From: Methanomicrobiales archaeon
GTDB taxonomy: Archaea; Halobacteriota; Methanomicrobia; Methanomicrobiales; Methanospirillaceae
Length of the DNA stretch: 64,000 nucleotides
Direction: 5' to 3'
Assembly: GCA_037137755.1 (NCBI GenBank)
Contig: JBAXJR010000002.1
Coordinates: forward strand, 96,001-160,000
In this document: piece after piece, positions 1-11,110 of the stretch
Layout: each line of letters begins with the position of its first letter
Position numbering within the stretch: the first letter of the stretch is position 1
Translations under genes and position numbers: made by a program
Notes under the pieces: model-generated
Databases searched by the model: none
Seen by the model: only the letters and a program-made list of their open reading frames with translations
What the model was told of the DNA's origin: nothing

Positions 1-629
1 TCAAGCGGGATCAATTTCAATGGTATATGAGCCCGGTCCTGCAACGCTGTGATCCGGGAATCGTCGTAGGAACGGACCATGATAAGTGTGCCCCTTGCGG
101 GCCCTTCTCCATGGCTCGTGAGAATCGTGTGCAGTGAGACCATATAGAGCCCTTCAGGCTGCTGGATAAACCCACTTATTCCCTTATCTGATAAATTCTT
201 CAAAAAATTTGGACGGCTTGAAAAATAATCCTGTATCCCCTGTGGGACGTCGCCCTCGGTCTTGTCCTGCAGGTTATACCATCTGCTGTACGAATTATTC
301 CCGGAACTGTCATAGAACAGGATTCCATTGACCTGGAGGCTTTCATAGGCAGACGGATAGTCAAGGTTACTGCTAATATAATCTGAATTTCTGTCTGTTA
401 TGAACGTGTAGGTGTCATCCCACATCGCCCAGTCGCGGGTGCTGTCCCCCAGTTTTTCTTCTTCAAATTTTATCTGGCTGGTGACCCGTTCAACATTAAT
501 AACAGACCCCTTCTGCTCAATCTGGGCATACGATGCGAGAATAAAGAACTGGGCAAGAAAAATCATCGCTAAGATCAAAATCAAAATAGTCGTACCAATA
601 ATGATCAATGTACGTGTATGGATCTTCAT
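1..629 (-). CDS. CHASE4-domain membrane sensor protein, probably a histidine kinase (5' part only; runs off the window)
   Basis: Not in the ORF track. ATG at 629 opens MKIHTRTLIIIGTTILILILAMIFLAQFFIL (TM helix), then CHASE4-typical DWAMWDDTY and ILTSHGEGPARGTLIMVR. The frame stays open to base 1. Confidence 0.85.
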   Translation of the reverse strand, partial: MKIHTRTLIIIGTTILILILAMIFLAQFFILASYAQIEQKGSVINVERVTSQIKFEEEKLGDSTRDWAMWDDTYTFITDRNSDYISSNLDYPSAYESLQVNGILFYDSSGNNSYSRWYNLQDKTEGDVPQGIQDYFSSRPNFLKNLSDKGISGFIQQPEGLYMVSLHTILTSHGEGPARGTLIMVRSYDDSRITALQDRAHIPLKLIPL

Positions 630-1397
630 GATGCCCCCTCATCGGTATTAACCATACGGGGATATATAAACGTTTTGTTAACACCGCCCATTCACGCCCA
701 TACGATATCCTTCATAAACGGTCGTCATCCGGGGGGAAAGTGTACGTACCTGTTAGCGGGACCTGCATGAAGTGAAATACTATAATCTACATCATGGGGA
801 ATTATTTTCTAAAATTATGCTGATTCCATGGTTCTTTATCCAATCAGACAATTTCAAAATGCTTTTATACCCCTTTGTTTCCACTGGAGCGTCCGGCATC
901 CAGCAATACAATTGCTTAAACAGGCCAATTAAGGTGGCATCCCAATTTTTCACCAGGGCCCGGTTCAGGGAATCTGGTGGGCCAGGTCATTTTTTCCAGG
1001 CTCCCCCATCGCTACCAGGATGTGACAGAATTACTCGAAAACAGATGTAAATTAAATCATATGGCTTTTTTCAATGACCGTTGATAAACATGGCCACGAC
1101 CTGATATCACATGAATACCTGTCGACACTATTGGAGTAAAAGCGATTTAAATAAGTGAATCTCCCCATAAATACCTTCTATATTAGGTCCATCGCGATTT
1201 TGGGACCTGAATTTGAATGAACTTCACTTACATTAACACGGTATTTGCTGGATCGTCCCACCCGCTCAAAGTCCGCGTTAGTCTGGCAGAAAATGTATCT
1301 CGTGAGATCGGCTGTACCCGACGTCCCCTTTTTGCTAATGATTACTGCACTATCCTGCCACGAATGCAAACCCCTTCAATCCTAAAATATTTCATGA

Positions 1398-1823
1398 CTA
1401 TGTTTTCACTATTCCTTTTTTAATCGCCATTTTTTTTATTTTTACATTAAGGTTGGGACTGTTCTCCATTTTGTGCCAGTCAGAGTTACTCATACCCATA
1501 AAAAAACCGCATGGACATTTGACCCATGCTTCATATTTATCAGGGAATTCTACACGAAGAGTAGATTTTCCACACTTGGGGCAGGTCAGTTTAACCAGGT
1601 TCACCGAAGTGGTGACATCGCGGTCCATATCGTGTTCCTCGACTGGTGGATCTTCGGAAACGGGCTTGCTATTATCGGTTTTTCCGCCACCTGCAACATG
1701 CTGCACCTTCACTCCCGGATCTTTGGACATATTGTGTGCGGTGTCCTTTGCATCAGCATATGCGGTTTTTACGGCCTTAATCTCTAAATCATCAGTCATT
1801 TTTGTTTCCAGCTCCTGATCCAT
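1398..1823 (-). CDS. Hypothetical protein with C-terminal zinc ribbon
   Basis: 141-aa ORF with a charged N-terminus followed by CPKC...CPC. Confidence 0.7.
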   Translation of the reverse strand: MDQELETKMTDDLEIKAVKTAYADAKDTAHNMSKDPGVKVQHVAGGGKTDNSKPVSEDPPVEEHDMDRDVTTSVNLVKLTCPKCGKSTLRVEFPDKYEAWVKCPCGFFMGMSNSDWHKMENSPNLNVKIKKMAIKKGIVKT

Positions 1824-1999
1824 GGTATGAGTTTTTTAATGAAACCATTCAGATTGACAGATAAAAAATTCTATACCATTATCAACTATAACCTCCATTT
1901 GAGCGTGGAAGTATATCCTTCTAACCTGTTGTTGCAAAATATAAAATCAAATTTTCTTAAAAAAAGTATTCTGGGAATGGACTATTCCCGTTTATATTG

Positions 2000-2983
2000 T
2001 TACGTGGAGTCCTTTCCATACATTATGATGGCGGCTAACCCTAACACTCCCACTATTAAGACGATATCAGGTCCCGAGGCCTTGGTGGTCGCAGGAGGCA
2101 GACTTGTGGGGGATGCAGTGATGGGGGCGGTCGGTGGAGCTGTCGTCAGAATTACCGGGGTGGCTGCAGTTGTCAAATCCGTCGTTGCAACCGTCGCTGG
2201 CCGAGTAGTACTGAAGACGCTTGTCTGGGTCGGTGAAACCGATGAGGTTATGAGCGGGTTTGAACTCAGGATCTGGACATTGCCCGTCTGGGGCGTGATC
2301 GTCTTACCCTCGACCGGGTAGTTGTCCTTCACGCTGTTCACATTACAGACTGCCCAAACTGTATAGGTACCAGATGCATAGGTGCTGGTATCCCAGACGG
2401 GGCCTGTTGAAAATGGTGATGTGGAGATCGGAATGTCTATCAGCGGGTAATTGGATACCGCTGCAAGTTCGTTCCCATTGGGCATCCTGACATGAATCGT
2501 CACGGGTATCCCTGATACGCCGGGTCTGGTTGTGATGGGAATGAGGTTTGTCTCAACAGTGAAACCCACCTGGTCCCCTTTCGGTACCCACGTGGTCATC
2601 CCTGTCACTTCAAAATGCGAAGTCTGATCGTAGATCCTGAGGTTTATGTTCGGCTCTTCCACGTAAAAAGCGAGTTTTTTATCGGGAAGGGTATACCAGG
2701 GCCCGGTCCTGCCTACAAAGACCGAGGGGGCAATATAGAAGTTTTTCGCGTTATCCACCGAAGTTGTGGCCGATGGTGCGCTTGTTGAGACATTGCTCGC
2801 CGTCCCGAACCATCCGATCATCGAGTTGGTTGCCGCCCCGGTCTGGCTGATATCAAGGCCTTGTTCACCAATAAACGCCATGCCCCCCTGTGGAACCGTA
2901 GAAATCGACCCGCTGACGGGGAGCATTATTAATAACGTCCCGATAAAGGCCCCAACTGCACACCATGTAAACCGTTTTAACAT
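2000..2983 (-). CDS. DUF3821-type secreted surface protein with Thr-rich linker and C-terminal membrane anchor
   Basis: Signal peptide MLKRF..., VPQGGMAFIGEQGLDI motif, T/P-rich stalk and hydrophobic tail. Start trimmed to ATG 2983. Confidence 0.8.
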   Translation of the reverse strand: MLKRFTWCAVGAFIGTLLIMLPVSGSISTVPQGGMAFIGEQGLDISQTGAATNSMIGWFGTASNVSTSAPSATTSVDNAKNFYIAPSVFVGRTGPWYTLPDKKLAFYVEEPNINLRIYDQTSHFEVTGMTTWVPKGDQVGFTVETNLIPITTRPGVSGIPVTIHVRMPNGNELAAVSNYPLIDIPISTSPFSTGPVWDTSTYASGTYTVWAVCNVNSVKDNYPVEGKTITPQTGNVQILSSNPLITSSVSPTQTSVFSTTRPATVATTDLTTAATPVILTTAPPTAPITASPTSLPPATTKASGPDIVLIVGVLGLAAIIMYGKDST

Positions 2984-3234
2984 AATTATTTCTCCATTGA
3001 ATTGTTCGATGGTGCACAATAGGTACGGGATATGATAAACATGATCCTGAAAAGCACGGTTAAGAACGTCCTGGAAAATGGGAAATTTCCGTCTAATGAC
3101 TCATAATTCCACTGTTTGAAAAATTCGCCCTTCTACGGTGACAAATCCCAACCGGTCCACACTTGTACCGCGATAATACCTGCAGGGATAACGGTTAATA
3201 ATCCTGACCGCTTTATCCTCATCTGGAATACATC

Positions 3235-3606
3235 ATGTCCCGTATTGTGCATTTCGAGATTCCTGCGGAAAAACCAGAACAGATTGCCGGGTTCTATAAA
3301 AAAGTCCTTGGCTGGGATATCCTAAAATGGGGCGGCCCTGTTGACTACTGGCTCGTCGGGACGGGCCCGGAGGACAAACCAGGGATTAACGGGGGAATCG
3401 CGCGGAAAAAGGACAGGCCTGCGTCCGGTATCCTTGTCACTGCTGAGGTGGAATCTGTCGACCATGCCCTGGACCTGGTCATTGCATCAGGCGGGAGTGT
3501 TGTCGTCCCGAAACAGGCGATTCCGGGTGTCGGATGGCAGGCACATTTCCGCGATCCCGAAGGGAACGTACTCGGCCTCCTCCAGTACGATCCCGGGGCC
3601 AAATGA
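3235..3606 (+). CDS. VOC/glyoxalase family protein
   Basis: IVHFEIPA...FYKKVLGW...FRDPEGNVLGL motifs. Confidence 0.9.
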   Translation: MSRIVHFEIPAEKPEQIAGFYKKVLGWDILKWGGPVDYWLVGTGPEDKPGINGGIARKKDRPASGILVTAEVESVDHALDLVIASGGSVVVPKQAIPGVGWQAHFRDPEGNVLGLLQYDPGAK

Positions 3607-3903
3607 GAAGGGATCAATACTACCTTGCAGTTTGGAAGAAAGAATTTTTTGGGTTGTATTGATCGAATTATTCCTGCGAAACACAAAGGGCAATAGTCTC
3701 TCTACTCCCCCTGTTCCTTGCAAAGCAGCCCACCATCAGAAATACCTGCGGGAACGTCCGGGTAAGACCCGAAAAAACAAGCCCTGCATGGGACGGACAT
3801 ACCCCATAGCCCGGGATACCGTATTCATGAAGGGTATTAGCCAAGATATTTCATGGTTCAGTCAAAATAGAGAAGTTAGCGGAAAAACAGGCCAAGAATA
3901 AAA

Positions 3904-6471
3904 ATGTTATCCATTCTCTATGTCGATGATGAACCCGACCTGCTCGAAATTGCCAGGCTCTTTCTTGAGCAGGACGGAGTGTTCCGCGTTGACACCACAA
4001 CCTCAGCGTCTGCTGCTCTGCCGCTCCTTATACCGGCACAGTACGATGCCATTATTTCTGATTACCAGATGCCGGGAAAGGACGGTATCCAGTTTTTAAA
4101 AGAGGTCAGGGCATCAGGTAATACCATACCGTTCATTATTTTCACTGGCCGGGGGAGAGAAGAGATCGTTATCGAGGCCTTAAACGAAGGGGCTGATTTC
4201 TACCTGCAGAAAGGTGGTGAACCAGAGGCGCAGTACGCTGAGCTTACGAACAAAATCATCTATGCCGTCCAACGAAAACGGGCCGAGGACGCGCTCTGGA
4301 GGAATGAGGTACGGCTCAACAGGGCTGAAGAAGTGGCAGGGTTCGGGAACTGGGAGATTCATCTCGCTACGAATGCGGTGACCGCATCGAAGGGTGCCCG
4401 GACATTGTATGGCCTCCCTGATGACGACCTGACAATTCAGGACATCCTGAGTGTCCCACTCCCGAAACACCGGCCACTACTCGATGCTGCATTAAATGAC
4501 CTGGTAAATAAGGGTGTGCCCTATGAGGTGGAGTTTAAAATCCAACGGAAAAAGGACGGAAAAATACTGGACATTTACTCCCTTGCCGAGTTTGATCCCC
4601 TGCAGAGGACGGTATTCGGGGTGATCCATGACATTACCGGGCGCAAGCGGACAGAAGCGGCACTACGGAAGAGCGAGGAAAGTTACAGGGGGCTTTTCAA
4701 CACGGTTCGCCAGGCGATCTATATCATCGATGAGGAAGGGACGTTTGTTGATGTGAACGATGGCGCGGAGGTGATGTATGGTTATGCCCGGGAGGAATTC
4801 AAAGGGAAGACACCTGAATTCCTCTCGGCGCCGGGAAAAAATGACTTTCCTGCAGTAGTAGAACAGTTGCGGAAAGCATTTTCCGGGGAACCACAGCAGT
4901 TCGAATTCTGGGGGCTGAGAAAGAATCACGAGGTGTTCCCCAAGGATGTCCGGCTTTACAAGGGGATGTATTTTGGCAGGGACGTCCTCATTGCCATCGG
5001 TACGGATATCACCGAGCGCAAAAAGGTGGAAGTCGCACTGGAAAAGAGCAGGATCCAGCTTGCGGAGGCGATGGATCAGGCACACCTGGTGAACTGGGAA
5101 TTTGATGTTGGAACGGGTATATTTACCTTTGATGACCGGTTTTATGCTCTGTATGGCACAACCGCGGAGATTGAAGGTGGCTACCTGATGTCAGCAGAGA
5201 TATATGCAAAAAAATTCGTTCACCCAGATGACCAGCACCTTGTAGCCGATGAAGTGAAAAAAGCTATTAAGGCCGTTGACCCCGGGTACGAGTCACATGT
5301 GGAGCACCGGATAATCCGCAGGGATGGGGAAATCCGGTATATTGTTGTGCGTTTTGGAATTATAAAAGACGAAAACGGCAGGACTATCAAGACCCACGGA
5401 GTGAACCAGGATATTACCAGACTCAAACGGGTGGATGAAGCACTCGAACAGTCAGAGGAAAAATTCCGCCTCCTGGTAGAGAACAGTCACGACATCATCT
5501 ACACGCTCAACCTGCAGGGAGTATTCACCTTTGTATCTCCGAGCTGGGTCAGGCTTCTCGGGCATCCCTTCGCTGAGGTAGTTGGAAAACCGTTCCTGGA
5601 ATTTGTTCATCCGGATGACAATCGGAGGTGCCAGGAATTAATGCAGAGCTTAATTGAGACGGGACAACGACAAACGGATGTTGAGTACCGCGTCCGACAC
5701 GCTGACGGGACCTGGCGTTGGTATACCACCAATGCTGTTCCTTTACATGATAAAGCGGGCAAAATCAATGGCGCCGAGGGTATTGCCAGTGATATCACCC
5801 GACGTAAAGAATACGAAGTGGCGCTCTGTCTGGCAGGCAACAAATTAAAACTTCTGTCCGGGATAACCCGCCATGATATCAATAACCAACTGATGGTCCT
5901 CGCGGGCAACCTGCGTATGTTGCAAAAGAAGCATCCTGATACCACTCACAATGAGAATTTCCATAAGGTCGAAACCGCTGTAAAGCGGATCTCATCTATG
6001 ATCCAGTTCACGAAGGAGTATGAGGAGATCGGTGTCAATGCACCCGTCTGGCAGGACATACTATCGCTCGTAGATACAGCTGCAATGCAGGCTCCGCTCG
6101 GAACAGTTATTTTGGAGAATGATCTTCCCAAAGGAACAGAAGTGTTCGCTGACCCGCTGATTATTAAAGTCCTTTATAACCTGATGGACAATGCGATGCG
6201 ATACGGCGGCAAGACCACGACAATTCGGTTCTTTGTTAAGGAATTCGATACTGATCATATTCTGGTCTGTGAGGATGATGGTATCGGCGTCCCGGCTGAG
6301 GAGAAGGAGAAAATTTTTGAACGTGGATTCGGGAAAAACACCGGTCTTGGGTTGGCCCTGTCCCGGGAGATCCTCTCGATCACTGGCATCACGATCCGCG
6401 AGGCCGGGGATGCGGGAAACGGTGCAAGGTTCGAGATGAGGATGCCGAAAGAAGCATACCGGGTTACATAG
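3904..6471 (+). CDS. Hybrid sensor kinase REC-PAS(x4)-HisKA-HATPase
   Basis: REC (YVDDE, IISDYQMP, YLQKGG), PAS repeats, H-box TRHDINNQL, N-box NLMDNA, G1 DDGIG, G2 GKNTGLGL. Confidence 0.95.
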   Translation: MLSILYVDDEPDLLEIARLFLEQDGVFRVDTTTSASAALPLLIPAQYDAIISDYQMPGKDGIQFLKEVRASGNTIPFIIFTGRGREEIVIEALNEGADFYLQKGGEPEAQYAELTNKIIYAVQRKRAEDALWRNEVRLNRAEEVAGFGNWEIHLATNAVTASKGARTLYGLPDDDLTIQDILSVPLPKHRPLLDAALNDLVNKGVPYEVEFKIQRKKDGKILDIYSLAEFDPLQRTVFGVIHDITGRKRTEAALRKSEESYRGLFNTVRQAIYIIDEEGTFVDVNDGAEVMYGYAREEFKGKTPEFLSAPGKNDFPAVVEQLRKAFSGEPQQFEFWGLRKNHEVFPKDVRLYKGMYFGRDVLIAIGTDITERKKVEVALEKSRIQLAEAMDQAHLVNWEFDVGTGIFTFDDRFYALYGTTAEIEGGYLMSAEIYAKKFVHPDDQHLVADEVKKAIKAVDPGYESHVEHRIIRRDGEIRYIVVRFGIIKDENGRTIKTHGVNQDITRLKRVDEALEQSEEKFRLLVENSHDIIYTLNLQGVFTFVSPSWVRLLGHPFAEVVGKPFLEFVHPDDNRRCQELMQSLIETGQRQTDVEYRVRHADGTWRWYTTNAVPLHDKAGKINGAEGIASDITRRKEYEVALCLAGNKLKLLSGITRHDINNQLMVLAGNLRMLQKKHPDTTHNENFHKVETAVKRISSMIQFTKEYEEIGVNAPVWQDILSLVDTAAMQAPLGTVILENDLPKGTEVFADPLIIKVLYNLMDNAMRYGGKTTTIRFFVKEFDTDHILVCEDDGIGVPAEEKEKIFERGFGKNTGLGLALSREILSITGITIREAGDAGNGARFEMRMPKEAYRVT

Positions 6472-6644
6472 TGGAACAGAAAAAAGACCAGATTATCCGT
6501 GTGATCCTGCCGGCCCGGAATTCATAAGAATCCGTTAACTGTTCACCTGGAGGGTGAAGGAGAAACCTGATCCCAGGCTACGATACGTAATGACCCCGGA
6601 AGGATGTCAGAATAAAAATGGAGGGCCCTGCCCAGGATATCGCC

Positions 6645-7214
6645 TTAATGCAGCAGGTCCCTGCCTATCCGGTATGCCTTATCCATGAACTCTTTTCTCC
6701 CGGTGACCGGCGGTTTGATACCTGCATCGAGGTCATACGCCACCAGGTGGTCCTTCACGGAGAGGCCTGTTAACCCAACCATGTGCATGAACGTTGTAAC
6801 GGGGCTCTCGAACAGGTGGGCATCCGGCTGGTTCTGCGTGAAGATGAACGAGACTTTTTTTGATCCCGGTAATTTTGGGCTTAAATTCATACCGATATAC
6901 GGGAACATCCGGTCCTGCCATAGCTTGGTCTGGGCCGAAATACCGGCAAAGTAAATAGGTGATGCTACAATAATACCAGCCGACTCCTGCATCAGCTGGT
7001 GGATAATCTGCATGTCGTCTTTGATCGCACATGCAGTTACGTCGTTCTTCTTGCAGTAATAGCAGGCCTGGCAACCCTTAATCTCCAGGTCGTTTAAGAA
7101 CACCGTTTCAGTCTCAATACCCTGTTCTTTCAGCCCCCTTCCGGCCTCCCCTGCGAGGACCGCAGTGCTGCCGTTCTTCCGTGGACTTCCTATGAGAATG
7201 GTAACTTTTGTCAT
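6645..7214 (-). CDS. Iron-sulfur flavoprotein (Isf)/flavodoxin family protein
   Basis: GSPRKNGST FMN loop, CQACYYC...C cluster motif, ASPIYF. Confidence 0.9.
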   Translation of the reverse strand: MTKVTILIGSPRKNGSTAVLAGEAGRGLKEQGIETETVFLNDLEIKGCQACYYCKKNDVTACAIKDDMQIIHQLMQESAGIIVASPIYFAGISAQTKLWQDRMFPYIGMNLSPKLPGSKKVSFIFTQNQPDAHLFESPVTTFMHMVGLTGLSVKDHLVAYDLDAGIKPPVTGRKEFMDKAYRIGRDLLH

Positions 7215-7241
7215 CTTTTTAGTTCTCCAGCACAAAACGGT

Positions 7242-7895
7242 TCACCGGGAGGTTATCAACCGTGCTCCCAGTTCAAATGCCCGTTTGCAGTCCTGCGGGA
7301 AGACCGTCCTGCGACGTTCCTTCCGTTCCTCCGGGTCGAAGTAGCTGAAGACCACCTTGTCGTAGTCCGGGAACTGGAGTGTCTCTAAGGAAAACAGGGA
7401 TTCCGCATGACCAAATGTACGGGCAAGTACATGCTCGTTCAAACCGGTATGCACAGGGTAGTGGTATTCAACCATCTGCTGCCCGGATACGTTCATGGTA
7501 TAAATAAACGCTGTCCGGACTGTCTTTTCAAAGAGAGAACCTGGTGGATTCGTGTACACAAGATACGGGAACAAAAGCCGCTCCATGAAACATCGCATCA
7601 TGCCGGTCACTGTACCGAAGTAGATCGGTGAGCCTAGGATGAGGGCATCGATGTCCGGTATTTTTTCAAGGACCGGGGTAAGCCCGTCCTGAACGGCACA
7701 TTTGCCATAGCTGTTCCCACCTTTCAATTTGCAGGCGAAACAGCTGGTGCACCCGGTATACGCAAGGTCATAGAGATGGACCAGTTCCGTTTCCGCTCCT
7801 GCAGATGCCGCCCCGTCAAGGGCGGACTCCAGCAGGGTTGCGGTATTCCACTTTTTTCGCGGGCTCCCGTTGATTGCAAGGATCTTCATTGTCAT
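7242..7895 (-). CDS. Iron-sulfur flavoprotein (Isf)/flavodoxin family protein
   Basis: NGSPRKKWNT, CTSCFAC...C, GSPIYFG. Confidence 0.9.
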   Translation of the reverse strand: MTMKILAINGSPRKKWNTATLLESALDGAASAGAETELVHLYDLAYTGCTSCFACKLKGGNSYGKCAVQDGLTPVLEKIPDIDALILGSPIYFGTVTGMMRCFMERLLFPYLVYTNPPGSLFEKTVRTAFIYTMNVSGQQMVEYHYPVHTGLNEHVLARTFGHAESLFSLETLQFPDYDKVVFSYFDPEERKERRRTVFPQDCKRAFELGARLITSR

Positions 7896-7925
7896 CTTCC
7901 TTTATTTTTTACCGGTTCCTGTGGT

Positions 7926-8744
7926 TTACAGCCACTTCACATCAAGGGGTTTCCGCCGGGGGATCCCGTAGACCTGGTACAACGGGTGGCCGAACATCAT
8001 CGCATAGGCGCTTTTCCGCCCGGCGGGAATACCGAGCTCCTTCTGAAGGGGCTCATACAACTGAGCAGCCATCGCGACAAACCCCGCCCAGCAGGTCCCG
8101 ATACCGAATGCAGGTGCAGCGACGTCGATATGGGTGAGGGCGATGATCGCATCCACGGATGCAATCGGGTTACCATCCTGGATATGGGCGAAGAGGAGGT
8201 GAGGGGCATCCCTGCAGATAATATCCTGTCCCGCAGCCCATGCCCCGAGCAGCATCGGTATATAGCCACTCAACGGATGGTTCGTATTCTGCAGCGTTTT
8301 CATCCACTCGATGGTCAGCCCGGCAATTTTCCTGACTCTCTTTGGATCATGGACTATGAGCCACTGCACCGGCTGTCCGTTGCTTCCTGAAGCGGCGTAC
8401 CGGGCGATATCGAGAAGTTCGAGGATCTTTTCCCTTGGGACCGGGTCTGGCGTAAATTCCCTCACGGACCTGCGTTTTTTAAGATAAAACGCCATGTTTT
8501 CGGGAGAGATTGTACCGGCACCGGCCGGAAGGGGCACTTTCTCATCCGGGCGGACGTTCAGGATGAGTGCCTCGGTCGGACACGAAACCTCACAGTGACC
8601 GCACTGGATACACATGCCTGCCACTGCATCGGTTACCACTGGCAGGGTGTTCTCATCGGCGGGGGTAACAATCCCCATCGGGCAGACTTTGGAGCAGATC
8701 CCGCAGCGGGTGCAGAGATCCTTGTCAACAAGTATTGTGGTCAT
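7926..8744 (-). CDS. Nitroreductase family protein with N-terminal 2x[4Fe-4S] ferredoxin domain
   Basis: CTRCGICSKVCP and CIQCGHCEVSCP, followed by RRSVREF, ASGSNGQP and GIGTCW nitroreductase motifs. Confidence 0.92.
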   Translation of the reverse strand: MTTILVDKDLCTRCGICSKVCPMGIVTPADENTLPVVTDAVAGMCIQCGHCEVSCPTEALILNVRPDEKVPLPAGAGTISPENMAFYLKKRRSVREFTPDPVPREKILELLDIARYAASGSNGQPVQWLIVHDPKRVRKIAGLTIEWMKTLQNTNHPLSGYIPMLLGAWAAGQDIICRDAPHLLFAHIQDGNPIASVDAIIALTHIDVAAPAFGIGTCWAGFVAMAAQLYEPLQKELGIPAGRKSAYAMMFGHPLYQVYGIPRRKPLDVKWL

Positions 8745-8962
8745 CTTTCACTTGTCCTTATTCATACTGTTTGTTCCTGCTACATGAGATTTTTTCCACG
8801 CATTCCCATGTAACTCACGCAGCATTTAAACGGTCCTCCCTCAAGTCGCCTCCTGATCGATCTTAACCCGGCAAGATTTGCAGCTTACCGGGTTGGAAGC
8901 AAAAGGCGCACTGGCCAATAATTGCATAACGTGTATAGTGGATTAGGTGCTAACGATCACAG

Positions 8963-9838
8963 ATGAAAACGGACCTGCGTTGTACGCTTCCTTTTCTGTT
9001 CATCCTCATCCTCCTGCTGGTCGCCGGGTGCACAGAGAAGTCGCAGCCATTCGCGTCAATGGACCAGGGCCCAACTGTAACCACTTCCACTGTCATCCCG
9101 ATAACGATACCCGAAACGGGAACGAGAGATGAACTCGTTGCCTTTGTACAGCGGGCCGCCAATTATGCGAAGGCGGAGGGCAAAGGAAAGGCCCTTTCAG
9201 AATTCAACAAAAAGAACGGTTCATTCTTTGATGGCCAGCTGTACATCTACGCCTACGACTTCAACGGCACAACCATCGCCCACCCGGTAAACCCGGAGAA
9301 GATCGGCGTGAACCGGCTCATGGAGAAAGATGCGGCAGGCAGTCTCTTCATCAGGGATCTCATGGATGTGGCCAAAAACGGCAGCGGGTTTGTCGAGTAC
9401 TACTACCTCAACCCCACCCATAACAATGCCATCGAAAAGAAACTCGGGTATGTTATGAAAGTTGATGACTCCTGGTGGCTTGGCTCCGGGATATACGCGG
9501 GTACAGCCGGTTTCGTCACTCAAAGCCCCGGTGCACCTGCAACGCCCGACGAGGTGAAGGCCTTTGTTGGCAAGGCAGCCGAATTCGCACGGCAGAATGG
9601 TAAAAAAGCAGCTCTTGCGGCATTCAATACCCAGTGTGGGCCGTTTGTTGCCGGAAATGTCTATATTTATGCACTCGACTACCGTGGATTCATCCTTGCC
9701 CTGCCGTTCCAGCAGGACCAGGTAGGCCAGGACGTATGCAGCCCCGGATCCCGTCACGTTGACCGGAAGACCCGAACTTTCAAAATTATGAAAGGGCCGT
9801 TGGAGGCCGGTACGAGTCCTTTTTTCCATCGGAATTAA
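8963..9838 (+). pseudogene. Cache-domain lipoprotein, second Cache repeat truncated
   Basis: Lipobox LVAGC and one complete sCache-like domain (LYIYAYDFNGTTIAHP...WWLGSGIY). The second repeat breaks off after ALPFQQDQVGQD (~9733) into unrelated sequence. Confidence 0.65.
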
Positions 9839-9851
9839 AAGCTTTGATTCA

Positions 9852-10169
9852 TTAGTTCGTAATCCCGCCCGTCCCTCTTTCCCTTCTCCCCAATTTCTCC
9901 AGTAACATGGACCTGTTATAATATGCCTCCTGGAAGGATGGATCTTCTTTTAAGGCTTTTTCAAATTTTGACAATGCTTCGAGATCCCGTCCCATATGGG
10001 TAAGACAGTTCCCCATCTCGTTGAATGCCTTTGCAAAGCGTGGAGCGGCTGTCACTACCTGTTTCAGGCGTTGAAATGCGACTTCGTAGTTCCCCTGCCT
10101 TGATAATTCTACCGCCTGCCGATAGGCAAATTGTACTTCAAGCGGAATTTTTCCCCCATTTACCTTCAT
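9852..10169 (-). CDS. Tetratricopeptide-repeat protein
   Basis: AFNEMGNCLTHMGRDLEAL...EAYYNR TPR pattern. Start uncertain. Confidence 0.8.
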   Translation of the reverse strand: MKVNGGKIPLEVQFAYRQAVELSRQGNYEVAFQRLKQVVTAAPRFAKAFNEMGNCLTHMGRDLEALSKFEKALKEDPSFQEAYYNRSMLLEKLGRRERGTGGITN

Positions 10170-10469
10170 CCCCTTACACCCCCTGGCGGACCACGGAGGG
10201 ATATCCCAAAAGTCCGGTGGCAAATCTCCATTCCTGCCCATCTCACTTTAATATTTGCGCAGCGGGTACGCCGTGCATATGCCAGGAGAGATGAAAATAT
10301 CTGAATAGTAATCTCTTCACATTCATATGAATCATGGCGGAATTTGGTCCCGTAATCGCAGTTATTTAGGGGATCCCAGTATCGGCGCAATAACTGCACA
10401 TCAATGCATATCCAATAAAAAGAGGTGACTATTCAGATCTAACCTTGGGATTTCCTTTCAATTCTCACC

Positions 10470-10649
10470 TCACATTGCTTTCCATACCACGAAATAAGCA
10501 AGTAACAAGACAAAAAACACGATGATTATTTCAATAATTGGTGGGACTTCCTGGGCAATATAGTCAGGGACTGCAAAAACTGCGATGAGAATTATGATTA
10601 TAGCACTAAGGATCAGCCCAATCTTTTTAAGAGCGTCGCAGGTTTCCAT
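10470..10649 (-). CDS. Small two-TM membrane protein (59 aa)
   Basis: Below the track cutoff: METCDALKKIGLILSAIIIILIAVFAVPDYIAQEVPPIIEIIIVFFVLLLAYFVVWKAM*. Confidence 0.65.
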   Translation of the reverse strand: METCDALKKIGLILSAIIIILIAVFAVPDYIAQEVPPIIEIIIVFFVLLLAYFVVWKAM

Positions 10650-11110
10650 GCTATAGCATTGAAGACTTAAATGGGATATATACCTTATCCAAAAAGAATG
10701 ATCGGGAATATAACCGCCTTATCAATATCCGGTCAATGATCCGGCAACCGGGGATGGGTATCATTTATACCATTTTCTGGTGAATAAACCCCCTGATCAA
10801 ACGGAAATTTTTACCGAGCCTATTTACCGAGTCTATATCGATGGTTAAATTATATGCTACCATGGATATCAATGACCTGCTGAAAGCAGCGACCATTTTC
10901 ACGCTCTGCTCAGGGTATTATTTCCTTAACAAGGGAGGAATTCAAAATCAGTAGAATTGTGTTGCATAGTCCGCCTCAGGCGAAGGGTATGGCCCCGTAC
11001 AAAGTTACGGAGGCCGGCTCCAGAGAAATGCCAGGCCCGGGGGTGGAGATAAACCCTGATATTTTTCGTCCGCCCGTCTATCTGGTCTGTCATTGTCATA
11101 AAAAACTGGA

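Noticed and set aside
650-1397. ORFs 772-1050, 1178-1369 and 1217-1423
   Set aside because: No motifs, AT-rich intergenic character and mutually overlapping frames.
6592-6607. GACCCCGGAAGGATGT matching 41296-41311 at 15 of 16 positions, as a third element copy
   Set aside because: The conserved 5' and 3' blocks are absent, so a chance match is plausible.
10862-10954. 30-aa ORF MDINDLLKAATIFTLCSGYYFLNKGGIQNQ
   Set aside because: Too short, with no supportable homology.
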